DNA from: an uncultured bacterium
Lineage (GTDB): Bacteria; Patescibacteriota; Minisyncoccia; Phycocordibacterales; PALSA-1337
Reading direction: 5' to 3'
NCBI GenBank assembly: GCA_903839725.1
Contig: CAIMDG010000002.1
Location: forward strand, 135,739 to 199,738
Length of the DNA stretch: 64,000 nt
Shown here: positions 1-9,981 of the stretch, in pieces
How the letters are laid out: every line of letters begins with the position of its first letter
Position numbering within the stretch: the stretch's first letter is position 1
The notes under the pieces: model-generated
What the model was told of the DNA's origin: nothing
Databases searched by the model: none
Seen by the model: the letters and a program-made list of their open reading frames with translations, nothing else
Translations under genes and position numbers: made by a program

Positions 1-1837
1 TAGCAGGCACAGTTGCACCTTCTGTATATGTACCACTGCCGATACCTGGATTACCTGAGACATTTATTCCACTAGAGGTTATAGTTACTTTGAAATCTGT
101 TGTTACCAAATCACTGTTATATGAACCAACCACAACACTATATATTCCATTTGGAATATTACTTGGGATGACAAATGTTATGGATGTACCAGTAGTATTG
201 TCGCTCGGTATGCCAGCAATTGTGTATGCTTTACCCGGTGAAGTTGCAACCTGACCATGTGTATATGGTATGAGATTCTTGAAGAATGACCATACGCCTC
301 CAAAGAAACCTGTGATCTTTTCTGTGAAAGAATGAGGTGTTGCCACAAGTGCAGATGAGTCTTGCGCTTCAGCAGTTGCCGATGAAATCAATCTTACAGA
401 GTTACCTGTTGGGGTAAAGTTTGAACCAACCATCTTGAAAGTATTTGCTACGGAAGAATTGGTCACTTTACTCAAATTACTTGCAACAGGTTTTGCAGTA
501 ACTGCTGGTATCCCTTCTTTTATGGTATCCATGGACATACATGCGGGCCAATGAGTTTCAGCTGTATCCTGACTAATTTTCTCTCCAAGTATACCTGCAA
601 TAACATATCCGCATGAAATAACATTAAATCTCTGGTGTTCAGGATAGCCATCTGAATTCATAATACTAAAAGTACTTGGGCGATAAATCGGTGTTCCATC
701 AGTGAATTTTATATAGTTACATCCTTGTATGTTTTCTGCACCATACAGATGATTATCCTTACTACTTCTATACTGCCCATATTTCAATACGTATTCACTC
801 GCACAGTTTTCTGTACCCGGTGTACCAACATCTCCACGTTTATATTCATCGCCCAATAATCCAAAAACGTGTCCCATTTCATGGATAACAACTTCACCTA
901 ATAGATAGTTGTATGAGTCTTTTGTTAGAAATGAGACTCTATTTCCAAACGAGGTGAATCCCAACATGTACGCTTCTGTAAGGCGATTAACTTTTGACAT
1001 CACAAGATACTCACGAGCATCACTACCACAACTCGAAGAATTGATCACTGTTGTTGCGGAACTTCTGTCATATAGACCTGTTGCAGGATCTATTGGCAAT
1101 GAAGGAGCATCGAATTTATTTAAATCAATATAAAATGAAAACTTATCAATATATGCCTTGAATGGATCAATCGCCGCAAAACCCTTATAGATAATAGTAT
1201 TAATCTGACTCAAATAATCACTGAGACTTGCTGATGGAACTGCATCTGAACTTCTCATAAACACAATCTTTATAGGGCCTCCTGGTTTTCCATTCACTCC
1301 ACCCAACGACACGCAGTTTGTAGCTTTAACAAAAGTTGAAGCTGCTCTTTCTTCTTTATCTGCTGCTATAGCTTTGAAATTAAAAGTATAACCACCATTC
1401 TTTGCTATAGACTTAATTACACTATCTTCTTTGTATGTGGTTGATAGATTGGGAGTCGGATCGTTATAAGTTGTGTTAAATTCAAGATAACCATGGAATT
1501 TCTCCTTATCACCACTTCTTCCTACTTTACTTGCATCCATATCATTAACCGCAGGTAATGGTATATCACCATTTACCGTTGTCATACTCCTTAGGCCACC
1601 CCATGTCTTATTTGAATTAGGGTAGCAATTGGTTGATAAAGAAAAATCAACTATCTGCAAAATGGATGGAGGATTTTGGACTGGCAATAGATTGTTACCG
1701 ATATAAGAAAAGGCGGACAGTGATTCTGGTTGATAACTATACGAACATGCCGCATGAGCAGACTTTATTCCAGGGAGAATAATACAAGCTAACAATAGAA
1801 AAACTGAAGTTACACTAACTTTGTATATAATTCTCAT
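1..1837 (-). CDS. Secreted HExxH zinc metallopeptidase, paralog of the 3980..6898 gene; its 3' (C-terminal) end runs off the window
   Basis: Reverse translation from the ATG at 1837 gives MRIIYKVSVTSVFLLLACIILPGIKSAHAACS, near-identical to the N-terminus of the 3980..6898 protein. An HEMGHVFGLLGDEY motif lies near 850-890. Nucleotides 1-540 are highly similar to 4860-5400, including an identical 29-mer tgggatgacaaatgttatggatgtaccag. The plus-strand ORF 909..1133 is antisense to this gene and looks spurious. Confidence 0.7.
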   Translation of the reverse strand, partial: MRIIYKVSVTSVFLLLACIILPGIKSAHAACSYSYQPESLSAFSYIGNNLLPVQNPPSILQIVDFSLSTNCYPNSNKTWGGLRSMTTVNGDIPLPAVNDMDASKVGRSGDKEKFHGYLEFNTTYNDPTPNLSTTYKEDSVIKSIAKNGGYTFNFKAIAADKEERAASTFVKATNCVSLGGVNGKPGGPIKIVFMRSSDAVPSASLSDYLSQINTIIYKGFAAIDPFKAYIDKFSFYIDLNKFDAPSLPIDPATGLYDRSSATTVINSSSCGSDAREYLVMSKVNRLTEAYMLGFTSFGNRVSFLTKDSYNYLLGEVVIHEMGHVFGLLGDEYKRGDVGTPGTENCASEYVLKYGQYRSSKDNHLYGAENIQGCNYIKFTDGTPIYRPSTFSIMNSDGYPEHQRFNVISCGYVIAGILGEKISQDTAETHWPACMSMDTIKEGIPAVTAKPVASNLSKVTNSSVANTFKMVGSNFTPTGNSVRLISSATAEAQDSSALVATPHSFTEKITGFFGGVWSFFKNLIPYTHGQVATSPGKAYTIAGIPSDNTTGTSITFVIPSNIPNGIYSVVVGSYNSDLVTTDFKVTITSSGINVSGNPGIGSGTYTEGATVPA

Positions 1838-1976
1838 GTATGTATGTTATTTTATAGTGATTATATTATACGATAAAAAAATGAATTCAGACAACAAGAT
1901 GCCCCACCGAAACGGAGCTTCGAGTGGGGCAAAAAGACAACAATCACCTAAGAAGTAGGTTCCGTCAGAATAATTA

Positions 1977-3476
1977 TTATGCCTGAGGTATTACTGGAGG
2001 CACTGGTGGTATAGGCGGAATTGTCGTAACTGGTGAAGATGCTGGTGTTGGAACAATGGGAGGAACAGGTTGCTGAACACTTGGCATAACTGGATTTGTT
2101 GTGAGACTACCCTTCTTATTATGCTTAACGACGAGATAGATAATCAGAGCAACAATCACTATAAAGAATACTACCGCTCCGACAATAGTCCACAATATTG
2201 TATAGAAAATATTGCTTGCATTAGAGGTTATCGAATTGACAGTTTGAGAAATAGAATCAACTGATGGGTAGTTCTGACCAGGTTGCTGTGATGCCGTTCC
2301 TAAATTGTTTGTATCAACAGGAACAGTTCCATTCATTGGGTTTGTTGCTGTTGAAGTAACTACTGCTGAGGGACTACTGACTTTAATGGTAAAGATGTCA
2401 CTCTTAGACATTACTTGTGACTTTGAATTATCATTACCAACTAAAAAGTATATAGTCCCTGCATTTGTATCATCTATGGTTAAACTGTCACTTCTTACTT
2501 GTGAAGCTTGACCCTCATATAACCAACCAATTTGCGCTCTAGTTGCCGAATGTATTTTCATGCCCGCATAACTTCCACTGTGATTATTACCATCCTCAAA
2601 AGAATTCGTTGCTTCAATGTATTTTGGCATTGATTCTGATGACTGAATTGAGTATTTGATGACATCCCCTTCTTTCACATCCATTTTGAAATAATCATAT
2701 TGACTCCCTAACTGATAGTGACTCAAATGATACATCCCGGGAGTTATTGGTACTGCGGTACTATATCCATTTCCACCAGTGACTTCTTTCCCAAGCATTG
2801 AATCCGTATTTGTCTTATCTACAGGATGTTCGGCTTGTTGGATAGCGTTGAAACTAGCCGCGAGAGAGGTCGCATCTGTTGCATCGTAGTATGTTCCACC
2901 TCCTGCGGTAGCTATACCTGAGAGTTGAGCGCGCGTTGTAGTGTCTGCACCAAGACCGATAACATATGTTTTTACTTTTATCCCCGCTGCCTTGAGTGCA
3001 GCTGCAGCATCAGCTGGATTGCCACCACAGTTCTCTTGACCATCGGTCATGAGAATGAGCACATTGTCTGCACCTACCGTAAAATCACCTGCTGATTGCT
3101 GGAGTGTATATGCAAGTGGTGTATACGAACCTACTGCTTGCAGGGAATCTACCTGGGTTGTTATAGCATTACGATCTGTCGTGAATGATTGGAGTAAATC
3201 TGTTTTAACACAAGCACTCGCCTTCGCAGTAATCTTTTCCTGCGCAAATGCACGTAGTCCGACTGAGGTATTAGCGTCGAGCGAAGCGAGAAGATCGGTT
3301 ATTGCTGATTTTGCAACATCAATACGTGGCGATCCCCCAAATGATTCTGTCATTGATCCAGAGGCATCAAAAACGATGAGAATATTCTCGTTCGTTGCTG
3401 CCACAGCACTATTAGAGAAGCTAATAATACCAGTAATAGATACGATCAACATTAGTAAAGCTATGTATTTTTTCAT
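1977..3476 (-). CDS. Membrane-anchored von Willebrand factor A (VWA) domain protein
   Basis: A signal peptide (MKKYIALLMLIVSITG...AVA) is followed by a MIDAS motif (ILIVFDASGSM) and a later LILMTDGQENCGG motif. A C-terminal TM helix (ILWTIVGAVVFFIVIVALIIYLVV) precedes a Pro-rich tail. The start is probably the internal ATG at 3476, not the ORF-track start at 3497. Confidence 0.75.
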   Translation of the reverse strand: MKKYIALLMLIVSITGIISFSNSAVAATNENILIVFDASGSMTESFGGSPRIDVAKSAITDLLASLDANTSVGLRAFAQEKITAKASACVKTDLLQSFTTDRNAITTQVDSLQAVGSYTPLAYTLQQSAGDFTVGADNVLILMTDGQENCGGNPADAAAALKAAGIKVKTYVIGLGADTTTRAQLSGIATAGGGTYYDATDATSLAASFNAIQQAEHPVDKTNTDSMLGKEVTGGNGYSTAVPITPGMYHLSHYQLGSQYDYFKMDVKEGDVIKYSIQSSESMPKYIEATNSFEDGNNHSGSYAGMKIHSATRAQIGWLYEGQASQVRSDSLTIDDTNAGTIYFLVGNDNSKSQVMSKSDIFTIKVSSPSAVVTSTATNPMNGTVPVDTNNLGTASQQPGQNYPSVDSISQTVNSITSNASNIFYTILWTIVGAVVFFIVIVALIIYLVVKHNKKGSLTTNPVMPSVQQPVPPIVPTPASSPVTTIPPIPPVPPVIPQA

Positions 3477-3521
3477 ATAACAACAATTATACCCCATTAA
3501 AATCTCTCAATTAACAAAAAC

Positions 3522-3549
3522 AAAACACCTTATGGGGATAAGGTGTTTT
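3522..3549. terminator. Hairpin terminator between the small membrane protein gene and the VWA gene
   Basis: aaaacacctta tgggga taaggtgtttt (11 bp perfect stem), followed on the minus strand by gtttttg. Confidence 0.7.
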
Positions 3550-3567
3550 GTTCAAAATTTACAAAGA

Positions 3568-3939
3568 CTAAAACTTGAAATTATTTGCAATAGATCCAAT
3601 GAGTGGCAATTGCTTCTGTTGACCACTCGCAGCATTGATGATACCCATGATCAAACAAATCAAATTAAAGAGACTCAGGAGTGGTACCAATATCCATCCG
3701 AGGACAGGAACTACTCCTATGAACATACCAACTACCCAAGAAATGATGAGTACCAAACCTTGTTTGATGTGGAACTTAACGAAAGGATCATTCTTGGCAT
3801 CAGTTATAAATGGAACAATGATAAGAATACCTAGGTAGGCCAAAATAGCCATGAGGGTATTATTTGTCTGACCCGCAGACTGTGGAGCAACTGGCGGAAC
3901 AGGTGCTACAGGTGGAACCTGATTTTCTAGTGGAGGCAT
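3568..3939 (-). CDS. Small integral membrane protein (3 predicted TM helices) with a Pro-rich N-terminus
   Basis: 123 aa with hydrophobic segments ILAYLGILIIVPFI, LVLIISWVVGMFIGVVPVLGWILVPLLSLF and the motif FHIKQG. A strong hairpin terminator follows at 3522-3549. Confidence 0.6.
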   Translation of the reverse strand: MPPLENQVPPVAPVPPVAPQSAGQTNNTLMAILAYLGILIIVPFITDAKNDPFVKFHIKQGLVLIISWVVGMFIGVVPVLGWILVPLLSLFNLICLIMGIINAASGQQKQLPLIGSIANNFKF

Positions 3940-3979
3940 ATGATTGATTACTATTACTTTATAATGACTTTATTATACC

Positions 3980-6898
3980 CTATTTCACACACATCTTCGT
4001 GGTCGCATTCAAGGTATATCCTGTAGCACATAAATATGTGGCGGTCGCAGGCGTTACTTTGACAGCAGTTGAGTAACATTTCTGACCCTTGAGCACATAT
4101 CCAGATGAGCATGAATATACGTACGAGAATAGTCCTGTTACTGATTTTGTATATGTAGAATTTGCAACAATACCTACAGTGTCAGTACTTTCACAATTCG
4201 TACCATTCAACGTTGACCCTGAAGGACAGGTATATGACGTAGTCGCTGCGACACTAACCTGAGTAGTTTGTGTGGTTGCGGGCGTCGTAACTGTTCCTTC
4301 GCTGGTAGGATTCTCGATACACATAGAGCCGGACAGTGTGAACCCTGCTACTGTACATGCGTATATTGGAGTTGCCGGGAGAACTTGTGGAGTACATGTA
4401 CTGCCGCCTCCCATAACAGGTGTAGGTGTACATGCAACACTGATCTGTGTACACGTTGTTCCTGAGAGTGAGTAGTTCGCAGATGGACAGGTGTAACGAA
4501 TAAGTGTCGCAGGAATTGAATTGACTGGTGTTGTTGTAGTAGAGACCGGAAGAATTTTTATGGTTGGTGCGTAGAAATGGAATACACATTTTGAACCGGG
4601 GACCAAAGTGTAATAACCATTGATACCAGCAGGAACAGTAGGACATGTATAGGTCAGAGTTGCAGCTATCGCCAACGAAGTTGCTGTAATACATACATTT
4701 CCAACTGAGACTTTGCCTGCAGCACAAATGACTACTGTTCTCGTACCTGTTCCACCGGTACCCATTGTTCCAATCGGAACACACTTATTACCTACGAGGT
4801 TATAGACGAATCCACCTGGTTTTGGAGCTGGACATGTATACGCCACAGTCGCTGCTACAGTCGCACCTTCTGAGTAGGCACCACTGCCGATAGTAGGATT
4901 GCCTGAAACAGTAACCCCACTTGAATTTATCGTGACCTTAAAACTCGTTGCCGCCCATTCACTGTTAAATGAACCAACAGCGACACTGTATACCCCGTTT
5001 GGCATACTGCTTGGGATGACAAATGTTATGGATGTACCAGCTGCACTATCACTAGATATATTTCCTATAACATATGTTTTACCTATGGAATTTGTAACCT
5101 GGCCATGTGTATATGGTATGAGATTCTTGAAGAATGACCAGACGGCTCCAAAGAAACTAGAAATCTTTTCCATGAAAGAGTGCGGTGTTGCCACGAGCGT
5201 AGATGGGTCTTGCGCTTCAGCAAGTGCGGTGACGGTAAATTGGATCGAATTATTAGTTGGTGTAAAGTTTGAGCCCATCATTCTAAAGGTATTTGGTACC
5301 GATGAATTATTTACTTTACTCAAATTACTTGCAACAGGTTTTGCGGTAACTGCCGGTATCCCTTCTTTTGTAGTGTCCATGGACATACATTCCGGCCAAT
5401 GAGTTTCGGCATGCGCCTTGTCTATAGGTTCACGCAATATTGCTGAAACAAGGTAACCACAAGAAACTACATTGAATCGAGCATCAACAATTCTCTTGAA
5501 AGTACCGTCAGAAAGTATTGTCGAACTTGCCATAGGCAATATATTCATCAAACTCTTTGAACTTGGTATGTACATCTCAAGGCCTGGATCTTGTGCCTTC
5601 TGATTACTTGACATGGTACCTTTGATAGTCGTTGAACCATATAGTAAATTATTTTTACTGCTTCTAAATTCATCAATTGGGTTCACGACACAATTTTCAT
5701 CATATTTTCCAGCGTTCTGACCATCATATACACCATGATAAACGTGACTACAATTATACTCATCCGTCACCCATCCAATTGAATGACCTGATTCATGAAC
5801 TGGAACAAGGTAATAATCTTCTTTCGATTCATAATGACCATTTACTATCTCACGTATAGAGAGGTTAGGTAGGTATGTATTCGAAGTATTTCTATTGTCA
5901 AAAGTAGATCCATTCAGATGACTTGTTTTTGAACCACTGTCTATTAACATAAATATACTTTCCTTATCATCCCCGTATGGTAAGAAAGTTGTACCTGCAA
6001 CATTCCCTTCGCAACTGAAACCAGAAACAGTGGTCGATGTTAAAGGTGGTGCATCAAAAGGAACTTTAATTTGTTGCGTGGTATAAACAAGCGGGTGCAA
6101 ATCAACATAGAACGAAAACTTTGATACGTATGACTTGTATGGATCAGTATTAATAAAGACACCTATAACCTTATCAACATAATCAAGGTAGTCTTTTATT
6201 GTAGGCAATGCCAAAGACAAACTAGGTCCACGCATAAATACAACCTTAATTGATCCCTTCCCTCCTAAATAAACACAATTAGATGCCTTTACGAAGGTTG
6301 ATGATGTGTGCACTATCTTTGGTTGACTTGTTGACGTTGCAGTAAAATTAACTGTGTAACCTCCATTTTTTGCAACTGTTTCTATCAAAGCATCTTCACG
6401 CTGATTTTGTATTGAAGTAGATAATCTACTACCATTTACACTATTATCTATCGACTCTAATCCCGAATAATCTCTACTATCACCGGACCTGCCAATTTTA
6501 GAAGGATGATCTCCGCCGGTGTTATCATTAAAATTAAAACTTCCATTCAATGTTGTAATACTACCCACTGATCCATTACTTCCCCAAGTTACGGGTGGCG
6601 AAATCGTATTATCTGCGGGGAAACAATCTTTGGTATTTGTTGGATATGTAAAATGAATATTCTGAAGAATTGATGGAGGATTTTGAACAGGAAGTGTTCC
6701 TAGCCCACCACTCAAAGATGGTCCAAAAGGGATCATGTTAGAATCTACCCATTGGTCCTGCATATAACCACTAGATGTGAGTGATTTTATTTGATAACTA
6801 TACGAACATGCTGCATGAGCAGATTTGATTCCAGGGAGAATAATAGAAGCTACAAGGAGGAGAACAAAAAACGCACTAGCTTTGTATATAATTCTCAT
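3980..6898 (-). CDS. Secreted HExxH zinc metallopeptidase (972 aa) with a C-terminal array of about 25 aa Cys-containing repeats
   Basis: Signal peptide MRIIYKASAFFVLLLVASIILPGIKSAHA. Motif VPVHESGHSIGWVTDEY (HExxHxxGxxxDEY). The C-terminus has at least 7 repeats of the type (A/T)YTCPxxxxGxxLxGxxC, for example AYTCPAPKPGGFVYNLVGNKCV, TYTCPTVPAGINGYYTLVPGSKCV and SYTCPSGSTLNGTNCE. Confidence 0.8.
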   Translation of the reverse strand: MRIIYKASAFFVLLLVASIILPGIKSAHAACSYSYQIKSLTSSGYMQDQWVDSNMIPFGPSLSGGLGTLPVQNPPSILQNIHFTYPTNTKDCFPADNTISPPVTWGSNGSVGSITTLNGSFNFNDNTGGDHPSKIGRSGDSRDYSGLESIDNSVNGSRLSTSIQNQREDALIETVAKNGGYTVNFTATSTSQPKIVHTSSTFVKASNCVYLGGKGSIKVVFMRGPSLSLALPTIKDYLDYVDKVIGVFINTDPYKSYVSKFSFYVDLHPLVYTTQQIKVPFDAPPLTSTTVSGFSCEGNVAGTTFLPYGDDKESIFMLIDSGSKTSHLNGSTFDNRNTSNTYLPNLSIREIVNGHYESKEDYYLVPVHESGHSIGWVTDEYNCSHVYHGVYDGQNAGKYDENCVVNPIDEFRSSKNNLLYGSTTIKGTMSSNQKAQDPGLEMYIPSSKSLMNILPMASSTILSDGTFKRIVDARFNVVSCGYLVSAILREPIDKAHAETHWPECMSMDTTKEGIPAVTAKPVASNLSKVNNSSVPNTFRMMGSNFTPTNNSIQFTVTALAEAQDPSTLVATPHSFMEKISSFFGAVWSFFKNLIPYTHGQVTNSIGKTYVIGNISSDSAAGTSITFVIPSSMPNGVYSVAVGSFNSEWAATSFKVTINSSGVTVSGNPTIGSGAYSEGATVAATVAYTCPAPKPGGFVYNLVGNKCVPIGTMGTGGTGTRTVVICAAGKVSVGNVCITATSLAIAATLTYTCPTVPAGINGYYTLVPGSKCVFHFYAPTIKILPVSTTTTPVNSIPATLIRYTCPSANYSLSGTTCTQISVACTPTPVMGGGSTCTPQVLPATPIYACTVAGFTLSGSMCIENPTSEGTVTTPATTQTTQVSVAATTSYTCPSGSTLNGTNCESTDTVGIVANSTYTKSVTGLFSYVYSCSSGYVLKGQKCYSTAVKVTPATATYLCATGYTLNATTKMCVK

Positions 6899-6996
6899 GT
6901 ATGTATGTTATTTGATAGTAATCAAATTATACAATACGGAACAATATAAATGAAGCACAATAAAAACTCCGAAGACAAGTCGACTCGGCGTATGTC

Positions 6997-7488
6997 CTAC
7001 CGTTCTTTATTAAGCTCCTTCTCTGTACGATCAGCCAAATCCATGAGGATGGAAGTATCTTCAAGACTAAAAACTCTCGGCTTCGTATCCTTCACGCAAA
7101 AAACACCAATAGCTTTTCCTGTCTTGTGATCCAAAAGCGCAATACCGGCATAAAATCTGATAAATGGAAAACCAGTAACTAGAGGGTTGTCAGCAAAACG
7201 TTCATCCTTCAAGGTGTCGTTGACGATAAACATATCTTTTGCAAGTAGCGCGTGGCCGCAGAATGATACGGCTCTCTCCCCTTCCTTTTGATCCAAACCT
7301 ATACAAGACTTGAACCACTCTCTTTCTGAATCAAGGATACTAACCATAGAAATAGGAACTTTCAATTTCTGGACAGCTTCTCTGGTCAACACATCAAAAC
7401 GAGGTTCTGGCTTTGTGTCCAAAATGCCTATGCGATGGACGGCTTCTATTCGATCTTTTTCATCTTGTGGAATGGGGGCTAATTGCAT
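6997..7488 (-). CDS. GAF domain protein
   Basis: 163 aa with the GAF-like pattern ...RFADNPLVTGFPFIRFYAGIALLDHKTGKAIGVFCVKDTKPRVF. Confidence 0.65.
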   Translation of the reverse strand: MQLAPIPQDEKDRIEAVHRIGILDTKPEPRFDVLTREAVQKLKVPISMVSILDSEREWFKSCIGLDQKEGERAVSFCGHALLAKDMFIVNDTLKDERFADNPLVTGFPFIRFYAGIALLDHKTGKAIGVFCVKDTKPRVFSLEDTSILMDLADRTEKELNKER

Positions 7489-7516
7489 GTTATGTTATTT
7501 AAATTTAATAATACTA

Positions 7517-8059
7517 CTAAATGACACTTTCCACACCCACAAACATTTTTATTTCATTATCTGTGCCAAAAACGGGAGAAATACGAAGTTTTGCATTATA
7601 CAAGGTCCCATCTTTTTTCTTATTTTTAACCTTGACCATCACAGACTTCTTTTCTACTTTTATCACCCGCCACAACTCTCTATAAAATTCCTTGGACATC
7701 TGACTACCCCATAGCGAGGGTTTCTTACCCAAAATTTCATGAAGTGAATATCCGGTAATAGATTCAACCATTGAATTGGCATAGAGGATAACTCCATCCT
7801 GGTCAGTAATAATGATTTGCTCAGTCACCCCTTTAAAGATCGAATTCAATGACCCACACCTCGTGCACTTTATACTCAATACTAAATCTGATTCATCTGC
7901 GATTGCGAGAAGTTTGCCACAATCACTACAACGAAATTCTTCTGAACTTATTTCATTTTTTAGGATGTTTTGATCCAATGTATTTGGGATCTCGAGGACC
8001 TCTGATGCAGAAATAATACCATAAGCTCTATTTCTGAGCCAATTGAACAGAATATCCAA
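7517..8059 (-). CDS. Zinc-ribbon (Com-like CxxC...CxxC) plus PAS domain protein
   Basis: CSDCGKLL...CTRCGS is a two-CxxC zinc ribbon. It is followed by a PAS-like segment ITDQDGVILYANSMVESITGYSLHEILGKK... Confidence 0.6.
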   Translation of the reverse strand: MDILFNWLRNRAYGIISASEVLEIPNTLDQNILKNEISSEEFRCSDCGKLLAIADESDLVLSIKCTRCGSLNSIFKGVTEQIIITDQDGVILYANSMVESITGYSLHEILGKKPSLWGSQMSKEFYRELWRVIKVEKKSVMVKVKNKKKDGTLYNAKLRISPVFGTDNEIKMFVGVESVI

Positions 8060-8093
8060 ACATTACAAGCAGTACCCCTACTATCCATGCAAT

Positions 8094-8813
8094 TTACAGC
8101 TTTGAATTTACTTCTTTTGCCATCTGTTCAACTATCTGACTCGCACCAGCAACTGCAGTCGGTGTACTCAAATTTACCACAACATCATAATTTTTATTTG
8201 ATGATGCAAAAATCACTTCAGCAATTGCTTTGTCAGGACCTACTGATAGTGACCCTGTACATGTTGATGATTTGATACCGATATCCCCTGCCGTACACTC
8301 TATTCCACTTATTCCCGATGAACTATTATTTCTCACACTCATTAACATGTTATAACCAGTGATTGAATCCTGATACACAGCAGGGTCGAGAGGATATACA
8401 GTTACGAGACCTTCATAGATAATTGCTACACCTTTTGACACAGTCATCGAATCATATGCACAAATAAGATGACGACTATTCGATGCCGCACTTTTTACTA
8501 GCTTAAATTTCAGTGTTGGAAAAGCTTGATCTATTTGACTCGTTGGGAATATTTGACCACATGTTAACGTCCCAAAATTATTTGACGAATTTGATGAGCC
8601 AGGATCAACAACAATCGGCCCTCCACAAGGAGTGCTCGTAGCGTCCGTACTTGTTGCCGTAGTAACACAAGTACTTGTTGCAGTAATAGAATCCGCAACT
8701 GACGAGGTCGCAAATGGTGAACTTGATTTATATATTACAAAAATACCACCTACGACAACTACTGCTGCAATTATTACCCACACGAGTACTGATCCTTTTT
8801 GATAGTTTTTCAT
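8094..8813 (-). CDS. Membrane-anchored Ser/Thr-rich protein of unknown function
   Basis: N-terminal TM helix VLVWVIIAAVVVVGGIFVIY followed by a T/S-rich linker and no recognisable domain. Confidence 0.5.
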   Translation of the reverse strand: MKNYQKGSVLVWVIIAAVVVVGGIFVIYKSSSPFATSSVADSITATSTCVTTATSTDATSTPCGGPIVVDPGSSNSSNNFGTLTCGQIFPTSQIDQAFPTLKFKLVKSAASNSRHLICAYDSMTVSKGVAIIYEGLVTVYPLDPAVYQDSITGYNMLMSVRNNSSSGISGIECTAGDIGIKSSTCTGSLSVGPDKAIAEVIFASSNKNYDVVVNLSTPTAVAGASQIVEQMAKEVNSKL

Positions 8814-8898
8814 ATAAGTGAATTATACCAGATAATACTAACGTACGACTAATTGTACTCTGTAGACCTTGGTGAACAGCGTAAAACCATTTTTGGTC

Positions 8899-8957
8899 AA
8901 AGAAAAGACCCTCACCGTAGAAAGCATGAGGGTTGCTTTTCTACGAGAGGGTCGGTT
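8899..8957 (-). terminator. Intrinsic terminator (minus strand) after the 8968..9783 gene; copy 1 of an about 60 bp repeat
   Basis: On the minus strand: gaccctctcgtagaaaagcaaccctcatgctttctacggtgagggtc then ttttcttt. About 85% identical to 9923-9981. Confidence 0.7.
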
Positions 8958-8967
8958 TGAAATTCGA

Positions 8968-9783
8968 TCACTTCTTGACCACAACTTCTGATTCAGGAAT
9001 GGTCGTCATATTTACTGGATCGAGGTGATTTGCGAGGCTAACGATTTTCTCGAGCATGACCGTTTTCGCCGGAGAAGTAATGTCCTTGCGACCAAAATGA
9101 TGCACAAGCATGAAACGAAGTGCTCGAGCAAACTCTTGTCTGCATTTAGGATGCTGCTCCTCAACAATGGTCGCCAACGTATGAAGCAGACCGAAGAATT
9201 TTTTATAAACAAATTCCTCGCGATTATTTGGTGTAAAATGAGCATCAAAATCAGTGAATAAGGTGGCTCGCAGTCCTTCACCAGGTTCCCCTGTTTCAAG
9301 ATGCACACCACCATTCGACTGAAAATCGATAATCAATCCACGCCTACCAGCAATCTGCTGTTCAACGTTTCCAAACATCCACGCTGCTGCAAAGCATTTC
9401 GTGAACAATTCTTCAAGGCGTTGAATGAAGAAAAACCGTAGCGGATTAGTGGGACCGTCAACACATTGCCCCTGAAGAGGTGTGAGCTCCATGGCAATCG
9501 ATAATGCCCACCAACCGGTCTTCAAACGAGCTTCAATAAACTTCACCGTTTGCGGATCATCTGGATTTTCTTTATTCATGCGATTCCAAAGCGCATTAAG
9601 ATGATGTCTGGTGTGCAACATTTTTTTCCGCAAATCGATGAGATACTTGTCGAGCGGCTGCCCGTGGAATGTGCACCTTGCTGTGCCGGGACCCATACCA
9701 TAAACAGCAAATCCGCATTGTTGAACGTGAAGAGTTATAAACTCCTTTTTTTCTATTTTTTCATTAATCATATGAAACTCCAT
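8968..9783 (-). CDS. Hypothetical protein (271 aa) flanked by two copies of an about 60 bp terminator repeat
   Basis: Long ORF with coding-like composition and no family recognised by eye. See repeats at 8899-8957 and 9923-9981. Confidence 0.55.
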   Translation of the reverse strand: MEFHMINEKIEKKEFITLHVQQCGFAVYGMGPGTARCTFHGQPLDKYLIDLRKKMLHTRHHLNALWNRMNKENPDDPQTVKFIEARLKTGWWALSIAMELTPLQGQCVDGPTNPLRFFFIQRLEELFTKCFAAAWMFGNVEQQIAGRRGLIIDFQSNGGVHLETGEPGEGLRATLFTDFDAHFTPNNREEFVYKKFFGLLHTLATIVEEQHPKCRQEFARALRFMLVHHFGRKDITSPAKTVMLEKIVSLANHLDPVNMTTIPESEVVVKK

Positions 9784-9922
9784 TCAATGAACATTCACTT
9801 GGTGCTCTGTAGAGCGATTGAGGTGTAGTGACTCACCTATGATGTGAAACTAATGTAGTAATAACACTTACTACAATCATCTGTCAATATCAGTAAAATC
9901 ACACTAAAATCTCAATTCAATA

Positions 9923-9981
9923 AAAGAAAAGACCCTCACCATAGAGAGCATGAGGATTGCTTTTCTACGAGAGGGTCGGCT
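9923..9981 (-). terminator. Intrinsic terminator copy 2 (paralogous repeat), upstream of the 8968..9783 gene
   Basis: aaagaaaagaccctcaccatagagagcatgaggattgcttttctacgagagggtcggcttt. On the minus strand the hairpin is followed by ttttcttttatt. Confidence 0.65.

Noticed and set aside
909-1133. Plus-strand ORF (74 aa) from the ORF track
   Set aside because: It lies antisense within the clearly coding, paralog-supported minus-strand metalloprotease gene 1..1837 and has no domain signal. Likely spurious.
4254-4784. Internal minus-strand ORF (176 aa) and plus-strand ORFs within 3980..6898
   Set aside because: Alternative frames of the repeat-rich metalloprotease tail. The Cys/Tyr-rich translations reflect out-of-frame reading of the repeat region.
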